From Dehalococcoidia bacterium (GTDB taxonomy: Bacteria; Chloroflexota; Dehalococcoidia; Bin125), in contig CBDBQC010000003.1 of NCBI GenBank assembly GCA_965209205.1, forward strand, positions 641,401 through 705,400: DNA of 64,000 bases, read 5' to 3'. The translations under genes were made by a program, and so were the position numbers. Every line of letters starts with the position of its first letter. Position 1 is the stretch's first letter. Below are positions 55,938 to 64,000 of the stretch, in pieces. Under the pieces are notes generated by a model that had not been told where the DNA came from, made no database searches, and saw only the letters and a program-made list of their open reading frames with translations.

Positions 55938-56842
55938 CACTGCGCCCCCGCATCGCCCGGGCCGGTGTCGGACTGGCTGGCGTCGGCCGGGGCAGCGTCG
56001 GCGCCGGCGTCTGGGTCGCCGTCCGGCTGCGTGGTGGGGGCCGGTCCCCGGCTGACCACCACGGTGACGGCCGTGCCCGAATCGAGCGCCGTCCCGGGCG
56101 CGGGGAGTTGATCGATGACGAGGCCGGCCTCGGCCGGGTCGTAGACCTCGACCAGCACGAACGGCGCGCCCGAGCGGCGCAGCCAGAGTTGCGCGTCGCC
56201 GATGCTGACGTTGGCGAAGCTGGGCAGCACCGTACCCTCGGGCACGCTGAGCGGCGCCGTGAACGAATCGTCGTCGCCCTCCAGGTCGGACGGGCCGGCC
56301 GGGACGCCCGGCGGCGGCGCGGCGGTCTCGACGCCGGGCTCCGAGTCCTCGTTGCCCACCGTCACGGCCACCACCACCCCCGCGACGACCACCAGCACCA
56401 CGAACACCGCGACCAGCCAGGGCCCCAGGCGGAAGCTGCTGGGGGTGGTCTCGAGGCTGGGGATCGGGGGCAGGGCCTGGTCTTCGGCGAACTCGTCGTC
56501 GTAGTAGGGGGCGGCGCTGCGCAGGCGGGTGGGTGCGAGGTCGCGCGGGTAGCCGGCGTCGCCCTGGGCGCCGGCGGGGGCGCGGGGATGGGCGGGGAAG
56601 CGGGCGACCAGGGCCGTGGGATCGAGGCCCAGGAATTGCGCGTAGGAGCGCAGGAAGCCCCGCGCGAAGATGGGCGCCGGCAGGGCGCTGAACTCCTCGA
56701 CTTCGAGGGCCTCCAGGTAGCGGCGCGAGATGCGCGTGACGCGCTGGCACTCCTCGATCGAGAAGCCGCGTGCCAGGCGCGCGTCGCGCAGTTCCGCGCC
56801 AATGCCCGTCAGCTTGCGCCGGGGGCTCCGCTCGGACGTCAT
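55937..56842 (-). CDS. RodZ-like HTH (HTH_25) membrane protein with extracytoplasmic PASTA-like domain
   Basis: IGAELRDARLARGFSIEECQRVTRISRRYLEALEVEEFSALPAPIFARGFLRSYAQFLGLD. TM helix LGPWLVAVFVVLVVVAGVVVAV. C-terminal VLPSFANVSIGDAQLWLRRSGAPFVLVEVYDPAEAGLVIDQLPAPGTALDSGTAVTVVVSRG. Confidence 0.8.
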   Translation of the reverse strand: MTSERSPRRKLTGIGAELRDARLARGFSIEECQRVTRISRRYLEALEVEEFSALPAPIFARGFLRSYAQFLGLDPTALVARFPAHPRAPAGAQGDAGYPRDLAPTRLRSAAPYYDDEFAEDQALPPIPSLETTPSSFRLGPWLVAVFVVLVVVAGVVVAVTVGNEDSEPGVETAAPPPGVPAGPSDLEGDDDSFTAPLSVPEGTVLPSFANVSIGDAQLWLRRSGAPFVLVEVYDPAEAGLVIDQLPAPGTALDSGTAVTVVVSRGPAPTTQPDGDPDAGADAAPADASQSDTGPGDAGAQ

Positions 56843-56867
56843 CGCGCGCGCTCCGCGGCCGGCCGGT

Positions 56868-57911
56868 TCACCGCGGCAGCCCCCCGGGGAAGACGATCGT
56901 CTTCAGGGCGTCGGGGTCGTCGCGCGTCGTGTAGGCGCCGGCCGCGTCGGCCATCGCGAAGCGATGCGTGGTCAGGCGGTCGAGGCCGCCCAGGGAGGGG
57001 AGCAGGTCGGCCGTGCGGCGGAACTGGTCCGCCGTCGCGTTCTGACTGCCGGTCAGGACGATCTCGTTGTAGTGCAGGAAGTTCACGTCGAGCGTGGCGC
57101 TGGTGTCGGGCGGGAAGCCGGCGAAGAGGTTGATCGCGCCCTGCTTGGCCGCGATCGGCAGCGCCAGTTCCGTCAGGCCGCCGAGTCCCACGCTGACGAT
57201 CACCACCTCCGCGCCGGCCCCGCGCGTGGCGTCGAACACGGCCTGCTTGATCTCCGCCGGGTCGCCGCCGCAGACCGCGGTCGCGCCCAATTCCGTCGCG
57301 ACGGCGCGCCGCGACGCCACGGGCTCCGCCACGATGACGGGCCCGGCGCCCAGGGCGCGCGCCAGGATGATGTGCGAGAGCCCCATGGGGCCGGCGCCGA
57401 TGACCGCGACCGACGCGCCGGCGCGGAAGCGGCACGACTCCAGCGAGTTGAGCACGCAGGCGGTGGGCTCGGTCATCGCGGCGCGCTCGGCGGGCACGCC
57501 GTCGGGGACGGGCATGAGCTGGCCCTGCCCCACGATCGGCGCGGGCACGCGCACGTACTCGGCGATGCCCCCGTCGAGGTCGTAGCCCAGCGTGCGGCGC
57601 GACTGGCAGCGGTTGCGCAGCCCGCGCCGGCAGAAGTCGCAGCGGCCGCAGGCGACGATCGGGTACACGGCGACGCGGTCGCCCGGGGCCAGGTCGTCGA
57701 CGCCGGCGCCCACGGCGGCCACGGCGCCGGTGATCTCGTGGCCGGGGATGACGCCCGCCGCAGCGTGCTTCTCGCCCCGGTAGACGCGCAGGTCGGAGGC
57801 GCAGATGCCGGCGGCGTCGGTGCGCAGGACCACCTCGCCGGGGCGGGGATCGGGGTCGTCGCGCTGCTCGACGACGATGCGCCGGGGCTCATGGAAGATC
57901 AGGGCGCGCAT
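56868..57911 (-). CDS. zinc-dependent medium-chain alcohol/polyol dehydrogenase
   Basis: CASDLRVYRGE, GHEITGAV, structural-Zn CGRCDFCRRG, GAGPMGL. Confidence 0.88.
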   Translation of the reverse strand: MRALIFHEPRRIVVEQRDDPDPRPGEVVLRTDAAGICASDLRVYRGEKHAAAGVIPGHEITGAVAAVGAGVDDLAPGDRVAVYPIVACGRCDFCRRGLRNRCQSRRTLGYDLDGGIAEYVRVPAPIVGQGQLMPVPDGVPAERAAMTEPTACVLNSLESCRFRAGASVAVIGAGPMGLSHIILARALGAGPVIVAEPVASRRAVATELGATAVCGGDPAEIKQAVFDATRGAGAEVVIVSVGLGGLTELALPIAAKQGAINLFAGFPPDTSATLDVNFLHYNEIVLTGSQNATADQFRRTADLLPSLGGLDRLTTHRFAMADAAGAYTTRDDPDALKTIVFPGGLPR

Positions 57912-58014
57912 CCGGGTTCCCTTTCATCGCGAGGCAGCCGAGACATGACGTCCGGCCGGGGAGGCCGGTCCAGTCGCTGGCGTCGATCGTGAGCGAGGCG
58001 CCTACCCGGAACGG

Positions 58015-58350
58015 CTAGGGGACTTTGACCGGCTCCGGCGGCCGCACGCGCGGGCGGGCGGGCGCGTCGGGCGCCTGCGCGTGGTGATAGTGCCGCAGCA
58101 GCCGCGACTTGCGCCGGGCGGCGTTGTTGGCGTGCACCACCCCGCGCTGCGCGGCGCGGTCCAGCGCCGCGACGGCGTCGCGCACGAGCTGGTCGGCGTC
58201 GCCCCAGTCGTTCGCGTCGATGGCGAGCAAGGCGTCGCGCACGGCCGTGCGGGCCCGCGTGCGCACGGGCTTGTTGCGCATGCGCCGGCGCTGGGAGGCG
58301 CGCAGGTACTTCTCGGCGGCCTGTTTGTTCGCGATGACGACTCCTCGCAA
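58015..58350 (-). CDS. rpsT: 30S ribosomal protein S20
   Basis: IANKQAAEKYLRASQRRRMRNKPVRTRARTAV...RGVVHANNAARRKSRL. The start is ambiguous: TTG 58350, or ATC 58335 behind GAGGAG (see findings). Confidence 0.88.
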   Translation of the reverse strand: MRGVVIANKQAAEKYLRASQRRRMRNKPVRTRARTAVRDALLAIDANDWGDADQLVRDAVAALDRAAQRGVVHANNAARRKSRLLRHYHHAQAPDAPARPRVRPPEPVKVP

Positions 58351-58361
58351 ACCGTCCCCGC

Positions 58362-60086
58362 ATGGGCGGACTGCAATCTAGAACAGTGCGCCGCTATCGT
58401 AGGGAACGTGGCGGAGGAGTGTCCACACATGGTGCGACACGGACCGCGCGCTCCGCGGCGGCGGGGCCGGCCGTCACCGGGAAACGCCCCCCTGCCGTGC
58501 TAACCGGCTCCAGCCGCACCGTCGCGAACGCGGCGATCCTCGTCGCGCTCGGCTTCCTCGGCAGCCGCCTGCTGGGCGCGCTGCGGGCCGTCGTGATCGC
58601 CAACGAGTACGGGGCCAGCGCCGACCTGGACGCGTTCTTCGTGGCCCAGCGGCTGCCCGAGATCGTCTTTCAACTGCTCGCCGGCGCGACGCTGGCCAGC
58701 GCCTTCATCCCCGTCTACGCGCGCTACCTGCACCGCCGCGGGGACGCCGAAGCCTGGCGGCTGGCGTCGATCGTGCTGAACGTCGTGCTGCTGGCGACGA
58801 TCGGCTTCGCGCTGGCGATGTTCCTGGCGGCGGAGTGGATCGTGCCCGCGATGGCGCCCGGCCTGGGCGAGGACACGGGCATGCAGTCGCAGCTGCGCGC
58901 CGACGCGATCTACCTGACCCGACTGATGCTGCTCGCGCCGATCCTGTTCTGCGTCTCGGGCATGATCACCGGCATCCTCAACGCGCGGCAGCATTTCCTG
59001 CTGCCCGCCTTCGCGCCCATGCTCTACAACCTGGCGATCATCCTGGGCGCGCTGCTGCTCTCCGACCGCTACGGCGTCGAGGCGCTGGCGATCGGCGTGA
59101 TCGTGGGCGCCGGCGCCCACCTGGCGATCCAGCTCCCGGCGTTGATCGCGGCCGGGGCGCGCATCGTGCCGTCGATCAAGATCTGGGATCCCGGCGCGCG
59201 GGAGGTGCTGCGCCTCATGGGGCCGCGCATGATCGGCCTCGGGGCGGCGCAGATCAACTTCGTCGTGTTGACCTTCTTCGGCTCCTTCGTGGGCGATTCC
59301 TCGATCTCGGCGCTCAATTTCGCTTGGTTGATCCTGCTCTTCCCCGTGGGGCTGTTCGGCATGTCCCTGGCGGTCGCCATCTTCCCCACGATGGCGGCGC
59401 GGGCGGCGGAGGACGGAGGCATGCACGAAGTGCGGCTGATGGTGGGGCGCGCGCTGCGCTTCACGCTCTACCTGGCCGTGCCCACGTCGGTGGGGATGAT
59501 CCTCCTGCGCGAGCCGCTCGTGCGGGCGCTGCTCGAGCACGGCGCCTTCGACGCCGAGGCCACGGCGCTCGTCTCCGACGCCCTGCTCTACTACGGCATC
59601 GCGCTCGCCGCCCACACCTCGATCGAGATCCTGTCGCGCGGGTTTTACGCCATGTCCGACACGCGCACGCCGGTGACCTTCGCGGTCGGCGCGATGCTGA
59701 TCAACATCGTGCTGTCGGCCCTGCTGGTGGAGCCCCTGGGGATCCGGGGGCTGGCGCTGGCCCTCTCCACCGCGACGATCGTCGAGGCGCTGGGGCTGTT
59801 CATCGTGCTGCACCGTCGCATGGAGGGCGGGCTGTGGGATCGCCAAACCGCGACCACCGTGTACCGCATCGTCGGCGCGACCCTGCTGATGACGGAGGCG
59901 CTGGTGCTGGGGCTGCTGGTGCTGGACGCCCGCGGCGACTTCGGGCCGCAGTCGTTCGTCGCGCTGCTGGTGGGCACGGCCCTGGGGGCGGTGGTGTATC
60001 AGGGCGCGATGCTGGCGATGCGGGTCGAGGAGGCGCAGGCGTTGACGGCGCGCGTCTGGTCGCTGGTTGGCAGACGTGGACGCTAA
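58362..60086 (+). CDS. murJ: lipid II flippase MurJ
   Basis: ILVALGFLGSRLLGALRAVVIANEYGAS.DLDAFFVAQRLPE, about 14 TM segments. The true start may be downstream of 58362. Confidence 0.9.
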   Translation: MGGLQSRTVRRYRRERGGGVSTHGATRTARSAAAGPAVTGKRPPAVLTGSSRTVANAAILVALGFLGSRLLGALRAVVIANEYGASADLDAFFVAQRLPEIVFQLLAGATLASAFIPVYARYLHRRGDAEAWRLASIVLNVVLLATIGFALAMFLAAEWIVPAMAPGLGEDTGMQSQLRADAIYLTRLMLLAPILFCVSGMITGILNARQHFLLPAFAPMLYNLAIILGALLLSDRYGVEALAIGVIVGAGAHLAIQLPALIAAGARIVPSIKIWDPGAREVLRLMGPRMIGLGAAQINFVVLTFFGSFVGDSSISALNFAWLILLFPVGLFGMSLAVAIFPTMAARAAEDGGMHEVRLMVGRALRFTLYLAVPTSVGMILLREPLVRALLEHGAFDAEATALVSDALLYYGIALAAHTSIEILSRGFYAMSDTRTPVTFAVGAMLINIVLSALLVEPLGIRGLALALSTATIVEALGLFIVLHRRMEGGLWDRQTATTVYRIVGATLLMTEALVLGLLVLDARGDFGPQSFVALLVGTALGAVVYQGAMLAMRVEEAQALTARVWSLVGRRGR

Positions 60087-60143
60087 CGATCGCACGCACG
60101 CGGTCGAAGCTGGTACGCTGCCAGGGTCCAGGTGTCATCGCGA

Positions 60144-60172
60144 CCCCGCCGCATCTGGCGGGGTTTCTCGTT
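60144..60172 (+). terminator. intrinsic terminator after murJ (CCCCGCC-GCATCT-GGCGGGG-TTTCTCGTT)
   Basis: 7-bp GC stem with a T-rich tail, 58 nt after the murJ stop. Confidence 0.65.
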
Positions 60173-60269
60173 AACGGGCGCTGCGGCGCCCGCGGGCCGG
60201 TGACCCGCCACGATTGGACCGCCGGGGCCCGATCCCGCAAGGCCCCGACCCCGGAAGGCTGAGGTGAGT

Positions 60270-60827
60270 ATGCAGGACCGTTCTCTGACCTGTCGCGACT
60301 GCCAGAACGCGTTCGTCTTCACGGCCGGCGAGCAGGAGTTCTACGCCAGCAAGGGCTTGCAGAACGACCCCGTGCGCTGCCCCGACTGCCGCAACGCGCG
60401 CAAGAGCGCGCGCAACACGCTGGAGAACGACAGCGGATACATCCGCTACGGCGGCGCCGCGTCGTTTGGGGGGCGCACGCCGCGTCAGATGCACCCGGCC
60501 GCTTGTGCGCTGTGCGGCGACATGATCGAGGTCCCCTTCATCCCGCGCGGTGACCGCCCCGTGTTCTGCTCGGCGGTGAAACGCCTGATGACCCACGGCA
60601 TGCAGTTGGAAGAGGTCGCGAACAAGTGGGGCCAGCGCCCCTGCCAGAACGACGACGCGCGTGAATTCCTGCGCAACGCGCCGCCCCCACCCCGGGAGGG
60701 GGAGCCCCGCGAGGGCGCCCCGACCGGTGGCGGCTTCGGCGGGGGGTTCGGCGGCGGACCGCGCGACCGCGGGCCGGGGTTCGGCGGCCGGGGCCCGGGC
60801 CGGCCGGGCGACGCGCGCCGGAACTAG
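60270..60827 (+). CDS. zinc-ribbon protein (zf-trcl-like CxxC...CxxC) with Gly/Arg/Phe-rich tail
   Basis: LTCRDCQNAFVFTAGEQEFYASKGLQNDPVRCPDCRNARK. Second module CALCGDMIEVPFIPRGDRPVFC. Tail GGGFGGGFGGGPRDRGPGFGGRGPGRPG. The track start 60264 (GTG) is also possible. Confidence 0.75.
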   Translation: MQDRSLTCRDCQNAFVFTAGEQEFYASKGLQNDPVRCPDCRNARKSARNTLENDSGYIRYGGAASFGGRTPRQMHPAACALCGDMIEVPFIPRGDRPVFCSAVKRLMTHGMQLEEVANKWGQRPCQNDDAREFLRNAPPPPREGEPREGAPTGGGFGGGFGGGPRDRGPGFGGRGPGRPGDARRN

Positions 60828-60854
60828 CCGCGCGCGCCAGGGATCGAGCGCGCG

Positions 60855-61142
60855 ATGTCGAGCGCGGAGGCGCGGCGCCTGTCGCGGCTGCTGGGCGACC
60901 CAGCGGGCGCGCCCGTCCCCGAGGCGGCGGGCCTGGTCGCACGGGTGGGGGCCGATCCGACCACGGTCGCGGACGGGCTGGTCGCCGAGGCCCTGGCGTC
61001 GGACGACGTGACGTCGGCCGCGGCCGCGGTGGCGTTCATCGAGGAGCGGCTGTCGGAACTGGCGGCGCTGCTGCCGCCGGACCTGCGGACGGAGATCGGG
61101 CGGCGGGCGGAGGCGGAGGTCCGTCGCCGGGTGCCGGGCTGA
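60855..61142 (+). CDS. hypothetical protein (95 aa)
   Basis: Open frame with strongly G/C-ending codons. No recognisable motif. Confidence 0.45.
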   Translation: MSSAEARRLSRLLGDPAGAPVPEAAGLVARVGADPTTVADGLVAEALASDDVTSAAAAVAFIEERLSELAALLPPDLRTEIGRRAEAEVRRRVPG

Positions 61143-61195
61143 CCCGTCGACAAGAAGGCTGCCGCGGGAGACCTCGCGACCACGCCGCGTGAACG

Positions 61196-61687
61196 ATGAC
61201 CCTTGATCGGCGCCCCGAGGACGATTCGCCTGCTGGTCCATCGCCGAGTGAACTACCCGAGGCCGTATCCGCCGAGATCGTTCGGCGCGAACTCACTGCG
61301 ACATTCTGGGCCGGGCCCCTCCCGCATCCCGACCTCCTACGGACATACGACGAGATCGTCCCCGGCTCGGCAAAGCAGCTGATCGACACGTTCGATCGGC
61401 AGGCGCATCACCGAATGGAACTCGAGAAGGCCGTGATCTTCGGTGACGTCGCTCGAGCGAATCGCGGGTTGTGGGTGGCCGCAGGGGTCGCGATCGCGAT
61501 CCTTGTCGTGGCTGCGCTGGTGATCCTAGAGGGGCACGACACGGCGGGAATCGTCATCGCATCCGTCGACATCGGCTCGATTGTCGCCGTGTTCATCTAC
61601 GGAACCGAAAGTCGCAGGCGTGAGCGCAACGAGAAGGCGCAGGCGGTGCCCGACCCAAGCGAACTCACGCCACCATCGCCACGATGA
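61196..61687 (+). CDS. DUF2335-family membrane protein
   Basis: WAGPLPHPDLLRTYDEIVPGSAKQLIDTFDRQAHHRMELEK followed by two TM helices, typical DUF2335. Codon usage is visibly less GC-biased than in the neighbours. Confidence 0.7.
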   Translation: MTLDRRPEDDSPAGPSPSELPEAVSAEIVRRELTATFWAGPLPHPDLLRTYDEIVPGSAKQLIDTFDRQAHHRMELEKAVIFGDVARANRGLWVAAGVAIAILVVAALVILEGHDTAGIVIASVDIGSIVAVFIYGTESRRRERNEKAQAVPDPSELTPPSPR

Positions 61688-61914
61688 CGACCGGCATCGA
61701 AGCGCAGCGAGTCGCTGTTCGGAGTCCGCGTCGCACGGGTTTACGCGGTTTGATTGATCCCCCCCGAAACGACCGCCTACCCTCGATCAAAGGCTGCGAC
61801 GGAGACCGCGTCGACGAGGAGCGCCGCGCACCAGCGAGTCCGGACGGTGGAAGCGGACACGCCGGCCCCCGCATCGAACATCCCTCCCGAGCCGCCGCCC
61901 GAACGTGCGCCCCC

Positions 61915-62083
61915 GCTGCGCATCAGTAGACGCGGCCGGAGACCCCCCGTTAGCACAGGGCCGGACGGTGCTTGCCGTCCGCGAGGCGCCTCCCGCACCG
62001 GCCCGGCCGGCGTGGGGGGAAGCAGGGTGGTACCGCGGACCGACGTGTCGGCCCGTCCCTGAGTGGGGCGGGCCGTTTGTGTG
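61915..62083 (+). promoter_or_regulatory. T-box riboswitch leader of ileS (Ile specifier AUC)
   Basis: T-box core CAGGG-UGGUACC-GCGG at 62023-62037. Antiterminator closed by CCCUG (62057-61). Competing terminator GGCCCGUCCC-UGAGU-GGGGCGGGCC (62050-74) followed by GUUUGUGUG. F-box-like CCGUUA (61947-52). Hairpin GCUGCG-CAUCAGUAGA-CGCGGC carries AUC-A (61915-36). Confidence 0.8.
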
Positions 62084-62110
62084 CCCGCCGCAGTCCCGGC
62101 GGAGGGCGCG

Positions 62111-64000
62111 ATGACCAGTCGATTCACGGCCGTGGGCAGCACCATGCCGTATCTGGAGATGGAGGCGCGCCAGCGCGACTTCTGGCGCGAGCGCCGCATC
62201 TTCGAGCGCTCCATCTCCGAACGGCCGGCCGGCAAGCTGTTCAGCTTCTACGAGGGCCCGCCCACGGCCAACGGCGCGCCCGGCGTGCATCACGTCCTCT
62301 CGCGCGTCTACAAGGACCTCTTCCCGCGCTACAAGACGATGCGCGGCTACCGCGCCCCCCGCAAGGCGGGCTGGGACACGCACGGCCTGCCCGTGGAGCT
62401 GGAGGTGGAGCGAGAACTGGGTCTGGAAACCAAGGCCGACATCGAGGCATTCGGCATCGCCGAGTTCAACCGGCGCTGCCGGGAATCCGTGATGCGCTAC
62501 GTGTCGCAGTGGCGCGATCTGACCGATCGGATCGCCTTCTGGATCGACATGGACGACGCCTACGTCACCTTCCACGCCGAGTATGTGGAGTCGGTCTGGT
62601 GGATCTTCAAGTCGCTCTGGGACGGCGACCTGATCTACGAGGCGCGCCGGGTCACGCCCCACTGCCCGCGCTGCGAGACCTCCCTGTCCAGCCACGAGCT
62701 GTCGCTGGGATATCAAGAGGACACGCCGGACCCCAGCATCACGATCAAGTTCCGCGCCCTGCCCGAGTCGATGCCGGCCGAGTTGCGCGGCTTCGATGGC
62801 GAGACCTACCTCGTCGCCTGGACGACGACGCCCTGGACGCTGCCGGGCAACACGGCGCTGGCCGTCGCGCCGGCCGAGACGTACGCCGTCGTCGAGACGG
62901 ACGCGGGCGAGCGCCTGATCCTGGCGCAGGCGCGACTCGACGGCGACGAGGCCGGGCTGGCGTCTGCGACGGTCGTGCGCACGCTGCCCGGATCGGCGCT
63001 GGTGGACATGCAGTACGAAGGCCTCTACGAGCCCGGCGACTGGGGCGACCGCGTGCTGCGCTTCCAGGGCGCCCGCCTCGACGACGCCGGGGCTCCGCCT
63101 CGGCGCCGCGTCTTGCCGGGCGACTTCGTCTCGATGGAGGATGGCACCGGCATCGTGCACATCGCGCCGGCCTTCGGCGAGGACGACTACGACCTGGGCC
63201 GCGCGCACGACCTCTTCTTCCTGCAGCCGATCGACCTGCAGGGCCGCTTCACGGGCGGGCCCTTCGCGGGCCTCTTTGCCAAGGACGCCGACACCGCGAT
63301 CATGACCGACCTCGCGTCGCGCGGGCTGCTGCTCCAGCGCGGCACGGTGCGGCACACGTACCCGTTCTGCTGGCGCTGCGACACGCCGCTGCTCTACTAC
63401 GCCAAGCCGTCCTGGTACGTCGCCACGACGCGGGTGGCGGAGTCGTTGAACCGGGGCAACCGCGAGGACATGCACTGGTACCCGGCCCACGTCCGCGACG
63501 GGCGCTACGGCGACTGGCTGGCCAACAACGTCGACTGGGCGGTGAGCCGCGAGCGCTTCTGGGGCACGCCCCTGCCCTTCTGGCGCTGCACCGCGTGCAA
63601 CGCGACCGACGCCGTGGGATCGTTCGCGGAGCTGGCCGAGCGATCGGGCGCGCCCCCGATCGCCGACCCGCACCGCCCCTTCGTGGACGCGATCACCATC
63701 CCCTGCGACGTCTGCGACGGGACGATGCGGCGCGTGCCGGAGGTCGCCGATGCCTGGTTCGACAGCGGCGCGATGCCCTACGCGCAGTGGCACTACCCGT
63801 TTGAGAACCGGGAGCTGTTCGCGGAGCGCTTCCCCGCCGACTACATCTGCGAGGCCGTCGACCAGACGCGGGGCTGGTTCTACTCGCTGCACGCCGAGGC
63901 GGCGCTGCTGCACCGCGTGGAGGCGGCGCCGGAGCCGATCTCGTACCGCCACGTGATCTCGCTGGGCCACATCCAGGACGAGCAGGGCGAGAAGATGAGC
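62111..64000 (+). CDS. ileS: isoleucine--tRNA ligase (3' end outside window)
   Basis: FYEGPPTANGAPGVHHVLSRVYKDLFPRYKTMRGY..GWDTHGLPVE..., CPRCETSL. SD GGAGGG 4 nt upstream of ATG 62111. The frame stays open to nt 64000. Confidence 0.93.
   Translation, partial: MTSRFTAVGSTMPYLEMEARQRDFWRERRIFERSISERPAGKLFSFYEGPPTANGAPGVHHVLSRVYKDLFPRYKTMRGYRAPRKAGWDTHGLPVELEVERELGLETKADIEAFGIAEFNRRCRESVMRYVSQWRDLTDRIAFWIDMDDAYVTFHAEYVESVWWIFKSLWDGDLIYEARRVTPHCPRCETSLSSHELSLGYQEDTPDPSITIKFRALPESMPAELRGFDGETYLVAWTTTPWTLPGNTALAVAPAETYAVVETDAGERLILAQARLDGDEAGLASATVVRTLPGSALVDMQYEGLYEPGDWGDRVLRFQGARLDDAGAPPRRRVLPGDFVSMEDGTGIVHIAPAFGEDDYDLGRAHDLFFLQPIDLQGRFTGGPFAGLFAKDADTAIMTDLASRGLLLQRGTVRHTYPFCWRCDTPLLYYAKPSWYVATTRVAESLNRGNREDMHWYPAHVRDGRYGDWLANNVDWAVSRERFWGTPLPFWRCTACNATDAVGSFAELAERSGAPPIADPHRPFVDAITIPCDVCDGTMRRVPEVADAWFDSGAMPYAQWHYPFENRELFAERFPADYICEAVDQTRGWFYSLHAEAALLHRVEAAPEPISYRHVISLGHIQDEQGEKMS

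Noticed and set aside
60560-60610. Possible frameshift destroying the second CxxC of the zinc-ribbon protein (..RPVFCSAVKRLMTH instead of the expected ..PV(Y/F)CxxC).
   Set aside because: One alternative frame stops immediately and the other restores no CxxC. Codon usage stays coding-like in the annotated frame, so this is probably genuine divergence (a Cys/His ligand set).
61684-61929. 81-aa plus-strand ORF overlapping the DUF2335 stop through ATGA.
   Set aside because: The translation lacks a hydrophobic core or any motif, and it would run into the T-box Stem I hairpin. It is more likely non-coding remnant DNA.

Overview
Very GC-rich bacterial chromosome segment; third codon positions are almost always G/C, judged by eye rather than computed. 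It looks origin-proximal and is almost entirely core housekeeping genes. Gene order runs yidD, a beta-propeller lipoprotein, yidC, jag, parA, parB. It continues with holB, a frameshifted yaaT, and lysA on the minus strand, then metabolic genes (M16 peptidase, gdh, amidase, MFS, DinB, B12/radical-SAM). Next come a yacL-like PIN/TRAM gene, ispD, ispF, cysE and cysS. These are followed by the classic tRNA(Thr-Tyr-Thr)-tuf-rpmG-secE-nusG-rplKAJL block. After that are radC, larC/larB, cvpA, HNH, fpg, pheA, two trkA genes, usp, pdxS/pdxT, an R3H-ATPase, tmk, thrB and lysC. The window ends with a peptide/nickel-type ABC substrate-binding lipoprotein, glycerate kinase, mtaB, scpB, rimO, a RodZ-like protein, rpsT, murJ, and a T-box-controlled ileS that runs off the window. 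Gene content and the repeat families encoding MERGxGGEV-like and GRATTRVAPT-like peptides suggest a Chloroflexota/Thermomicrobia-like organism, or another high-GC monoderm; this is inference only. I found no CRISPR array, no rRNA, no clear transposon or prophage, and no convincing novel multi-gene system. The observations most worth a second look are listed here:
- A promoter, structured RNA and terminator unit upstream of the PIN/TRAM-ispDF operon (18662-18876).
- A roughly 200-residue Ala/acidic spacer in the substrate-binding lipoprotein, together with a C13 homopolymer in its upstream region and REP-like elements on both sides.
- An identical R11-G5-S peptide tail on two unrelated proteins, YidC and YaaT.
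- A RodZ-HTH/PASTA fusion.
- A 24-nt tandem repeat array upstream of thrB.
- An apparent 1-nt frameshift in yaaT.
- A lower-GC DUF2335 islet next to the ileS T-box.

Many very long ORFs in the track are antisense artefacts of the GC content and were rejected.
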